Positions 1 to 18,520 of a stretch of DNA of 64,000 nucleotides are shown piece by piece (the first letter of the stretch is position 1; every line of letters starts with the position of its first letter). The stretch is taken from positions 6,262,001-6,326,000 of the forward strand of contig CM075991.1 of the NCBI GenBank assembly GCA_038087875.1. Direction: 5' to 3'. Position numbers and translations under genes: made by a program. Below the pieces are notes generated by a model. The model was not told the DNA's origin. It ran no database searches and worked only from the letters and a program-made list of their open reading frames with translations. The DNA is from Malacoraja senta (lineage: Eukaryota).

Positions 1-335
1 AAATTACTAATTAAAAAAAACTAACACTGAATATAGCATTTAATACAGTTCTTTAAGTAGGTTTTTACACATGCACAATGTGGAAGTTTACTAGATTTCA
101 ATGTTGAAGTGATTTAGATTACACTGTATTTCTTTATTTTGAATCCGATGTAAAGATGCAAAGATTAGAAAAGAGGCAGGTGGGACTAGTGTAGATGGGA
201 CATGTTGGTCGTCGTGGGCAAGTTGGGCCGAAGGGCCCGTTTCCATGCTGTATGACTCTATTATTTTTTATCTCCATCTCTGGAGCATTCAACAGATTGC
301 TGACCATGGGAAAAGCGTTAAGTTTGAAGAGGAAT

Positions 336-662
336 AGCCCTGTCCCACGGTGCGAGTTCATTCAAGTGCTCTCCCGAGTTTTAAAAAAATCAAACTCGTG
401 GTAAGCACAGAGAATGAACGTAGCGGGTACGTCGGAGCTCGGGGACGTCTCTTACCAGCTCGTACCGCTAACAGCAGGTACTCGGGAAGACTCGCTAAAG
501 GCAGGTAAGCACGGGAAGACTCGTGAAGATTTTTCAACACGTTGAAAAATGTCCATGAGAGCCCCGAGTACCGACGAGTGGCCATTACCGTAAATCTCCG
601 AGTTCGAATCAGGGCAAACTCGGGAGAACTCTTGGAATGAACTCGCACCGTGGGACAGGGCT
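336..662. mobile_element. Non-autonomous PIF/Harbinger-like MITE
   Basis: About 45-bp imperfect TIR (AGCCCTGTCCCACGGTGCGAGTTCATTC...GAATGAACTCGCACCGTGGGACAGGGCT) and no ORF. Confidence 0.75.
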
Positions 663-1186
663 TTTAGGCCAACAAAACCGTTGGTGATTTCGGCTTGTGC
701 CTTGTTAATGCTCACAGCAAAACTAAGTTGAGCAGGTAACTTAAGTCACTTGAATTGAAAAGGTCGATCAGGTTTAAGTTTACTATTATTATTACCTTCG
801 TGTGTACTGAGGTACGGTGCAAAGCTTTGTTTTGCACGCTTTCCAATCAAATTAAATAATACTTTACGTAAATACAATCAGGCCAAACTCAAGTACAATA
901 CGCAGAACAAAGAGAAAGATACAGAGTGCAGAATATAGTTCCATAAATAATGCTGGATTTACAGCTGGAAAGCAGATTTAAAAGGGTGATTGTATTAGAT
1001 GGTCGTACATCTTCCTCTGGGACCAACATGCAAAGAGTCGGCAACCATTTGTAATTCAAATGGTGTTGAGAAAACAGCTTGCATTAATTAGGTCATGAAG
1101 TGATGTAACAATTTGGCCCAGGTTTTTCATCAAAATAATTCTGTTGAGTCATTATGTATAATTTCCCCATAAAAAAAAAAAAAAAA

Positions 1187-3690
1187 TTAAATATTTTAAT
1201 TTTATTAGAAGTACAATTGTATACAATCATATTTTCAGAATACATTTTATGTACAGCTTCATCTTTTTTTAAATTATAATAAAGAATAAGAAAAATAAAT
1301 TAGATAATAAAGTATAGAAAAACGTGAGATATATAGTGTGTGAAGAAGAAAAGAGAATGAAAGAAGAAAGTTAAAGAGTAGAAAATAGGAAAAAGAGTAA
1401 AAAAAAAAAAAAAAAAAGAAGTAAGGAGAACATTATTTATAATCTTGACCATCCCTCGCCCAGTCCCGAGACAGTTAGCTTTTACAATTGTGTTGCACCA
1501 TATGATTCCAAAAAGACGACAAATGGAGACCAACTCGTTATGAATTGGTCAGATTTATCTATTAGGAGGAATTGCATTTCCTCAAGTTGTGTGGTGTCCA
1601 ACATGCTTGCAATCCACATTTTGAGCGTTGGTATTGGTGTATTTTTCCAAAATTTAAGTATTAATTTTTTTGCAATTATTAAACCATAATTAAAAAATAA
1701 ATCTTGAGATGAATTCAATTTATTCCCATCTTCCATTACTCCAAATATAATCAATTCATTATTAGGTTCCATTCTTATCTTAAGTAATTTTGTAAATATT
1801 TCAAAAATATCACTCCAGAATCTATAAAGTTTTATGCAGGAAACAAAAGAGTGTGTTATAGTTGCGTTTTGGGTTAAACACTTATCGCAAATGGGGGATA
1901 TATTTGGATAGAATTTATTCAATCTTGTTTTTGAATAATATAATCTATGTAAAATTTTAAATTGAATTAGATTATGTCTTGCATTAATCGAACATTTGTG
2001 AATGTATATCAAATATTTTTCACATGTAACCTTCGTAATTTTTATCATTAATTCCCGTTCCAACTCTTCTCTAAGTGCCTCTGTTGCTGGTAGGTCTATA
2101 TTTAAAATACTATTATATAAATATGATATTAATTTTTGTGAGTCAGCTTTAATATTCATTGCTTCTTCCAATACGTCAGGAGTTATTTTTTGATATCCTT
2201 GTTTGTATTTCTTCATGAAGTCACAAATCTGTAGATATTTAAAATAATGGTTGTTTTTCAATTTAAATTTTAATTGTAATTGTTGGAATGATAATAGATT
2301 TCCCATTTCATACATATCCCCGATCCTTTTAATTCCTAAACTTTCCCATTGATTATATGTTTTGTCAATAAAAGATGGTTTAAATAAAGGATTATTTGAT
2401 ATTGGCATTAACAATGATAAATTTCTTAATTTTAAGGATAGTTTTATTTGTTTCCATATTCTTATGGTATCATGTATAATTGGGTTCTTCTTATATATTG
2501 TATTGTTCAGTTTTTTCGGGGAGAAGAGGATCGTTCCTATATTACAAGGGAAACCATCCTCTTTCTCCATTTTTATCCATTCTATCTGTTGGGTAGAACT
2601 GTCCAACTAATAAATTATATTCTTAATATGCACTGCCCAATAATAATACAAAAAGTTCGGAAGTGAAAGTCCCCCGACATCTTTTGGTTTACATACGTGT
2701 TTTTTTATTAATTCTATGTGATTTATAATCCCAAATAAAATTAGTAATATTCGAGTCTAATTTAAAAAATATATATTTTGGTATATATACTGGTATAGAC
2801 TGAAATAGGTATAATAATTGTGGTAGAAAGATCATTTTTATAGCATTTATTCTACCTATTAATGATAAAGGAAGTGTTTTCCAAAATTTAATCAGTATAT
2901 TAAATTTGTTTAAAAAAGGTATAAAATTAGCATTGAATAATGCTTTATGTTTTCTAGTAATCTGAATACCCAAATATTTAAATTTTTCTGTTGCTATTTT
3001 AAAGGGGAACTTCAGTAAGTGTGTAAATTCTTGAGGTTTTAACGTCATAATTTCACTTTTATTCCAATTTATTCTATATCCAGAAAAGGACCCAAATTCC
3101 TCTATTAAGTTTAATAAATTTGGTATGCTCGTTTGTGATTTTGTAATATATAAAAGTATATCATCTGCATATAATGAAATTTTATTATTTGAGTCCCTAG
3201 TATTATATCCCTGAATATTTGGATGAATTCTTTTTCGGCCAAAGGTTCTATCATAAGGGCAAATAGCAGGGGTGATAACGCACATCCCTGCCTATTATCC
3301 CATGATAATTGACATTTTTGAGATAACATATTATTAGTCAATATTCTTGCGATCGGTTTATCATATAATAATTTTCCTGATGTAATAAAATTCTCTCCCA
3401 TATTAAATTTTTGCAATACTTTGTATAAGTACTGCCACTCTACCTGATCAAATGCTTTCTCTGCGTCCAGAGAAATAATTGATATATCTTCTTCCTCCAC
3501 TTTATGCGAGTACATTATATTAAACAGGCGTCTCAAATTATTAAATGAATATCTTTTGGGTATAAACCCCGTTTGATCAGGGTTTATCAATTTACTAATA
3601 TATTTGCTTAATCTTCTTGCTAAAGTCTTCGCTAAAATGTTCTGGTCTGTATTTAAAAGTGATATAGCTCTATATGAGCCCGGATACAAA
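1187..3690 (-). mobile_element. 5'-truncated, frameshifted L1-clade LINE (ORF2 RT and C-terminal Cys region, plus 3' UTR)
   Basis: ORF pieces YRAISLLNTD, QTGFIPKR, SLDAEKAFD, RQGCALSPLLF, ISLYADD, CDKC..THSFVSC split over several frames. Confidence 0.92.
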
Positions 3691-3835
3691 TTTTAGCAGT
3701 CATAATGAACAACTTAGAATTTGCCTGTGGGGGTTTCTGTGGTCATAGGAGTGAATAACCTCTATATCCCAATGTCAGAGATGCCTTTATGTGTCTGAAG
3801 TAATCGACTTTCTTTCGGGACCTGGACAGAAATGA

Positions 3836-3966
3836 GCACTCATGGAAAACCCACGCAGTCACAGGGAGAACGTACAGACTCCGCACAGACAGCACCCGTA
3901 GTGAGGATCGAACCCGGGTCTCTGGCACAGGCAGCAACTCTAACGCTGCACCACCGTGCCGCCCCC
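3836..3966 (-). mobile_element. tRNA-derived V-SINE/HE1-like SINE (5' part)
   Basis: Reverse complement starts GGGCGGCACGGTGGTGCAGCG, with B box GGTTCGATCC. Confidence 0.8.
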
Positions 3967-4566
3967 TTTAGGCAGAATTCTAAGGTGCTCTTCAATGTGG
4001 GGAAAAAACAATTCCTTTCCGGTGGCTGCATATTATACTGTGCGGCTGAACTGAATATGAACGATTTCAGGTGACCCAGTCCATCGTTAGTAAAATAGAA
4101 CATAGAACACACATCACAGGAACAGGCCCTTCAGCCCACAATGTGTGTGCAGAGCATGATGCAAGTCCAACTGATCTCCTCTGCATGCATGTGAACCATA
4201 TCTCTCTATTCCCTGCACCTCCATGTCCCTAAAAGCCTCTTACACTGCACTATCGTATCTGCTTCCACCACCACCCCTGGCAGTGCATTCCAGATCCGCA
4301 CTTCTCTCTGTTTAAAAGCCCCGCATACCTCCAATGCCAAACGTATTCTTCATCTTTTCAGTCCATGAAGGAGATAAAAGCAGAAATAAATATCTGTTTA
4401 ACTACAGACACTCATCAGCAATACCCGGATAGCTTTAATTAATTTATATCTCGGCAGGTTCTGGCTATCTCTGGTAATGCTGGCAGTTAATACTCAGGAG
4501 GTGGGCAGGAATCAACCACAGTGGCGGTTTCAGTCATGTAAAACAAGTGTCAGATTTCACTGTTGG

Positions 4567-5132
4567 ATGGGTTAATAACTGGAAAAAAGCTAATTCTAAA
4601 ATTTTGGAAGAAGGCTCCAATACCAACTATAAATATGTGGATTTCAAATATGTTCGAAACATTACACCTAGAAGAGATAAGACTCCTAGCAGGTAAACCA
4701 GATCACTTCCACCTGACGTGGTCTGCATTTATAGAATTATTACAAATATGGGGTGCAAAAGTACTTAAAAAAAAAATTGAGGTCAGGTAAGGGGGGATGA
4801 TAGTTGAAGAGTTGGTATGTCCCATTTACGTAATGCTCATAAAAATATTTGTTTCTCTCTTTTTCCTCTTTCTCTTTCTTTTCTAGGGTCTATTTCTTAA
4901 CTCTTTTTCTTTTGTTTTTAATTTTGCTCTTATAGGGTCTTTGTCCTTTTTTGTTGTCACATTTTCTACACTTTCACTTTTTCCTTCACTTTCTTCTTTC
5001 TTTCAATCTTTTCCTTTTCTAGTGTAAAAAAGAAATGGAGTACATTAATTGTAAGAAGACATAAGTGACGAGTACTAATGTATGTGGTTGTAATGTAATG
5101 TACTTCTAATAAATAAAAAAAATAAAAAAAAA
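4567..5132 (+). mobile_element. 5'-truncated L1 3' end with A-rich tail and 15-bp TSD
   Basis: GLITGKKLILKFWKK...W ORF2 tail homologous to the 1187-3690 copy; TSD AGATTTCACTGTTGG at 4552-4566 and 5133-5147. Confidence 0.9.
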
Positions 5133-6361
5133 AGATTTCACTGTTGGCCATCAGTCAAGAGTCAAGAATGCTGTGTTATATGACGTCCCAAAACGGAACA
5201 ATGAAATTCTTACTTACAGTTGCATGACAGGTATGTAAACATGTTGTAGGAAAGAACTGCAGATGCTGGTTTAAACCTGCGATAGACACAAAAAGCTGGA
5301 GTAACTCAGTGGGACAGGCAGCATCTCTGGACAGAAGGAATGGGTGACGTTTTGGGTTGAGATCCTTGTTCTATGTACACATTGTACTCAGTCAATACCA
5401 TGTTACTCAGATTAGAATTTTTTTTTTTTTTTATTCCAGATTTAGTTATTAGTTAAATTTCAATTCCCAGCTGCCAGGGTGGAATGTGCACACATATCTC
5501 TGTATGCTCCGCCTAAAACATTCAGTGCCAGTCCAGTGCCTTTATCACGGTGAAACCACATACCAGATAAGTTGTTTCCAACAAGGTACATAACTCAGGC
5601 TCGTCATTCTTTGGTAAGACTTAGCCAAAAATAAAAGTTGATGTGTCATGGGAAACGATGCTAGAAGCCTCTTAACCAACAGAGATTCAAGTCCAGTCAA
5701 ATAAAGACCACTGCTTTACTGTTCCACTCAGCTGGGGCACTGGAATATCAAGAGAACTCATTCGCTCCACCTTTCCTTTTAATATTCTACAGTCAAAAGC
5801 AAGCTGCTGTATGGACCCAGCGGGTCCGGCTGGGTCTATCTCCTCGGAGAATAAGTTCAGTTTGTCTCCAACAACTCTTACCAACTTCTACGGATACACT
5901 TTAGATAGCATCCTAAAGGGATTTATTACAGCTGGTGTGTGCAGTTCTGGTTGCCCCATTGAAAGGATGGAGACTTTGGAGTGGATGCAGATAAGATTTA
6001 ACATGATGCTGCCTATATTTGGGTATAAGCTATAAGCAGGCCTTACGGCTCAAGTCTATAAGTAGATGGCAGACAAACTTGAGATCGTTTCCTCTAGAAT
6101 GCCAGAGATTGTGAGACCTGATAGAAGTATATAAAATTATAAGAGGCATAGATATGGTAGACAGTCAGAATCCAATTCCCAGGTGGAAATGTCAGACTAG
6201 AGGCACCCAGCTCTCACCTGAGGCTCCAAGCTGTTAACATGCGACAGTGGCCACACCTTGGAAAACCACTGGCTGAGAGGCTAAACCAGGTGAGGGTAGC
6301 CGAAGGGTCTCAGACCCTCAGTGAGTTTAGGGACTTGCTCAGCACAACCATGCGGAATCTG

Positions 6362-6668
6362 TTAGTTTTGTTTAGAGATACAGCCGGAAACTGGCCCTTC
6401 GGCCCACCGAGTCCAAGCCGCCCAGCGATCCCCGCACATTAACACTACCCTACACACACACACACACGGGACAATTTAGCCATACCAAGCCAATTAACCT
6501 GCAATCCTGTACGCCTTTAGAGCGCGGGAGGAAACCGAATATCTCGGAGAAAACCCACGCGGGTCACGGGGGAAGAACGTACAAACTCCATAGACAAGTA
6601 CCCATCGCCTGGATCAAACCCGGGTCTCTGGCACTGTGAGGCAGCAGCTGTACGCCACCGTGCCACCC
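6362..6668 (-). mobile_element. V-SINE/HE1-like SINE, near full length
   Basis: A/B-box head, central GGTTTCCTCCC domain, CR1-like tail ending in (CTAAA)n. Confidence 0.8.
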
Positions 6669-7103
6669 ACCCTGCTCTGGTGGATCGGGCAGAGAAAATC
6701 CACTGGGGGGGGGGGGTTCAACGGCCAGGAGGGCGGCTCAGCGGCACACAGAGGAGTGCAAAGGGCATGTCAAGGGGAACGAAGACATGGCCATAACGTC
6801 TAACCGGGCCACTGGAATCCAGCTCGTGCTGCCGAGGGTGGGGTCGCTCATGTGCATCAGCCTCTCCACCTTAATCTCTCCCACGCAGTCTGCACAACCA
6901 TGCCATCGTCATCTACGACAGACCACCACACGTGTGTGTGTATATACACCCTAAACCTTTCTATTATACTGTAATACAAGTACTATGTTTTCATATTATT
7001 ATGTGCTATAGAAACATAGAAAATAGGTGCAGTAGGCCATTTGGCCCTTCGAGCCATTCACTATGATCTTGGCCGATCATCCAAAATCAGTATGTTCACA
7101 TCT

Positions 7104-8112
7104 TAGGTATGTTACAAAACTTACCTTCAGCGGCGCTGTAGTTCTGCCACTGGCCGTGTGCGCGACTTTGGCGCCTTTGAGAGGGGGGCGGGTTTAAAAT
7201 GGCGTTTTCTCCAGCCTGTTGAAATCGATCTTTGTCATGCTGTTTAGCTGAAGAAAAATCGCTCCGACATCCGTTTTATCAAGTTTTTAAAAAACAGCGC
7301 TGGATAATTTAATAGGAGTAAAATAAAAATCATCTTGTAAAGCCGTCAACGGGACAAAGCAAGGTAAGCTGTTTATTTTTACATATAAACGTGCTTCTTA
7401 GGATGCTTTAATCAAAATTTCACGTTGCAAAAAGGTGATTTGGGTAGGCCCCATACGAACCGGCAGTGTTGTTCATGCCGATATGGGGTTTAAATTCACC
7501 GCAAATGCAACGTTCCAATCGATCACGTCCCACAAAATCCCACTCGCAAGATGATTTAAATGGCCATTAATTTACGGGAATTAAACACTAAATTCCTTCC
7601 ATTTGGCCCATAAATTCATGACAATGAGATTTTAAAATCATGTTATATTGTGAATTCTTGTGTGAATGTTATGTGGACACAGGCTATTTAAAAATGTTAA
7701 CCTTTTCTTAAGAAATGGATAGAAGTTTAGATCTAGTAATTGAATTTTGTAATTAGCTACAATTAGGTAACTAACTAATTATATGCTTTAATTTCAGGTC
7801 ATCCAAGTAAGATTGTTTCATATTTGTCTCAGAATGCTTCAATCTATAATAACTGAAAATTTCATTCAGTTCTCTTAATTTTTAAGAAAGTTATGGGCTT
7901 TTGACTGTCCTTGATCACAGCTTTTGAGTTAAGTCAAAGGAAAAGCAATAGGGAACAAGATGCTAATTTCCGAGTATGAAAATGACCATAACTGTTTTAA
8001 TACTGAAGATATGAATGTGAATTAGGTGTCAAATTAAACTTCTTTTTATGCTTTATCTGATGGGATAAATTGCACTTGATTTTTTAAATCTCAAAATTTT
8101 GTAACATTGCTA
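7104..8112. mobile_element. ~1.0-kb non-autonomous DNA transposon, hAT-like
   Basis: 16-bp TIR TAGGTATGTTACAAAA / TTTTGTAACATTGCTA (2 mismatches); flanks CACATCT/CATATCT resemble an imperfect TSD; no ORF. Confidence 0.6.
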
Positions 8113-8401
8113 CATATCTGTTGTAATCATGCAGTCTTTTCCCCGACTGGATAGCACGCAACAAAAACCTGAGTTGACCTCAGTACGCATGTCAATCCTG
8201 AAACTTCACCCCCTCCTTTTTCTCCACAGATGCTGCCTGAGCTGCTGAGTTACTCCAGCACTTTGTGTCTATCTTCAGAATGTACCAGCATCTGCAGTTC
8301 CCTTCTACACATTAATCAAACCCATTCCCCCAATGTGCTCCAAAGCCCCCTTTATCCGCCCCATTTTAATTGGAGAAGCAAGCCTTCAGTTCCACAAACA
8401 T

Positions 8402-8407
8402 TTTATT
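8402..8407 (-). terminator. Probable PCNA polyadenylation signal (AATAAA)
   Basis: tttatt on the + strand, about 220 nt downstream of the PCNA stop codon. Confidence 0.6.
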
Positions 8408-8626
8408 TTGATCCTTTCATTGAACCCTTTATAACAAAGTGAAATGTTGGATAGCATATTTACATAAAAATATCTACAAAGGCAGCCGGACGGGAACAGA
8501 GGTCTGTAAAGGAGACGTTGGTCACCGTAGCAAAGCCCGTCAACTTGGCCCACAGAAATCACTTCCAATGACTGCTTGACATCCACACTCTTCTGATGGT
8601 CAATCCTCATCTTCAAAGTTCCCACC

Positions 8627-17199
<8,573 letters not shown>

Positions 17200-17350
17200 T
17201 TAGAACCAGAGGTCAGTTATCACTCAACACAATGTCCTTGTAAACCCAGAATGTCCTGCTTTTAGTGATGCTCAAGGAAGACAGATAACTACCCCCCCTA
17301 CTAATTATACAGATCTGTTAACCTGGGTTTACCAATCCATTTTGGGGAAG

Positions 17351-17874
17351 GTTTAGTTCAGAGATGCAGCATGGAAGCCGGCCCTTCGGCCCAAAGCACC
17401 ATCGAGTTCGCGTCAACCATGATCACTTGTACACTAGTCCTATCCTAGACACTTGGGGACAATTTACAGAAGTCAATTAACTTACAAACCTGAGATAGGT
17501 ACAAAAAGCTGGAGTAACTCAGCAGGACAGGCAGCATCTCTGGTGCGAAGCAATGGGTGACGCTTCGGGTCGAGACCCTTCTTCAGAGTCTAAAGAAGGG
17601 TCTCGACCCGAAACGTCACCCATTCCTTCTCTCCAGAGATGCTGCCTGCCCCGCTGAGTTACTCCAGCTTTTTGTGTCTATCTCCATTTTAAACCAGCAT
17701 CTGCAGTTCCTTCCTATACAACTTACAAACCTGCACATCTTTGGAATGTGAGAGGAAACCAGCGCACCTGGAGAAAACCCACACGGTCACAGGGAGAGCG
17801 TACAAACACAGGTGCATACAGCACCCGAGGTTAGGACCGAACCTGGGACTCTGGCAAAGTAGGGAAGCAACTCT
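17351..17874 (-). mobile_element. V-SINE/HE1-like SINE interrupted by a Penelope-derived palindrome and cut by the gap
   Basis: SINE halves rejoin at the duplicated AACTTACAAACCTG. Confidence 0.8.
17493..17719. mobile_element. Palindromic Penelope-derived insertion with 14-bp TSD
   Basis: Two inverted ~95-bp arms of the PLE repeat; TSD AACTTACAAACCTG at 17479-17492 and 17720-17733. Confidence 0.85.
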
Positions 17875-18074
17875 NNNNNNNNNNNNNNNNNNNNNNNNNN
17901 NNNNNNNNNNNNNNNNNNNNNNNNNNNNNNNNNNNNNNNNNNNNNNNNNNNNNNNNNNNNNNNNNNNNNNNNNNNNNNNNNNNNNNNNNNNNNNNNNNNN
18001 NNNNNNNNNNNNNNNNNNNNNNNNNNNNNNNNNNNNNNNNNNNNNNNNNNNNNNNNNNNNNNNNNNNNNNNNNN
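17875..18074. other. Assembly gap (200 N, probably a placeholder size)
   Basis: Run of exactly 200 N. It truncates a SINE on the left and a tandem repeat on the right. Confidence 0.99.
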
Positions 18075-18520
18075 TGCTCCCCTGGTGGGAGACCATGGGC
18101 CAGTGCTCCCTAGCGCCCCCTGGTGTTCGGAGGACCATTGGCGGGTGCTCCCCTGGTGGGAGGACCATGAAACCGGTGCTCTGCCGCGACCCCTGGTGTT
18201 GGGAGGACCTTTGACGAGTGCTCGTCATCGCCCCCCGCCGGCCGGGACGAGCAAACAGGAGCGGACGCCGAGCTGTCGGCAGAGCGGTGGGTGGATGCCA
18301 GGCGGTTTTCGCCGAGGAGGTGCGGCTTTCTGTGACTCCCGGTGCCGGGGCCTGGAGCTGGTCGGCGGGCGAGAGCGGAGGCTCGGGATCGGCAGCGGAC
18401 GGGGAGCGACATGGCGGAGCTGAGGCGCAGGGCCCGCGATGATTCGCAGGATCTGCTGGCCGAGCAGGTGAGCGACGCGGGCGGGGTGAAGGGGGGCTCT
18501 GCCCCGGCCCGGACTCTGGC
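18075..18520. promoter_or_regulatory. CpG island / promoter region between divergent CDS2 and PCNA, with tandem CTCF-like motifs at 18075-18200
   Basis: Very GC- and CpG-rich. It covers the CDS2 ATG and exon 1 and lies between the divergently oriented genes. Confidence 0.8.
18411..18467 (+). CDS. CDS2: CDS2 exon 1 (57 nt coding)
   Basis: gacATGG Kozak context; [19 protein letters not shown]|gtgagc. Confidence 0.9.

Noticed and set aside
1482..3689. 374/198/192-aa ORFs as host genes or an active retrotransposon
   Set aside because: Frameshifted pieces of one 5'-truncated L1 ORF2 with no ORF1 or endonuclease domain.
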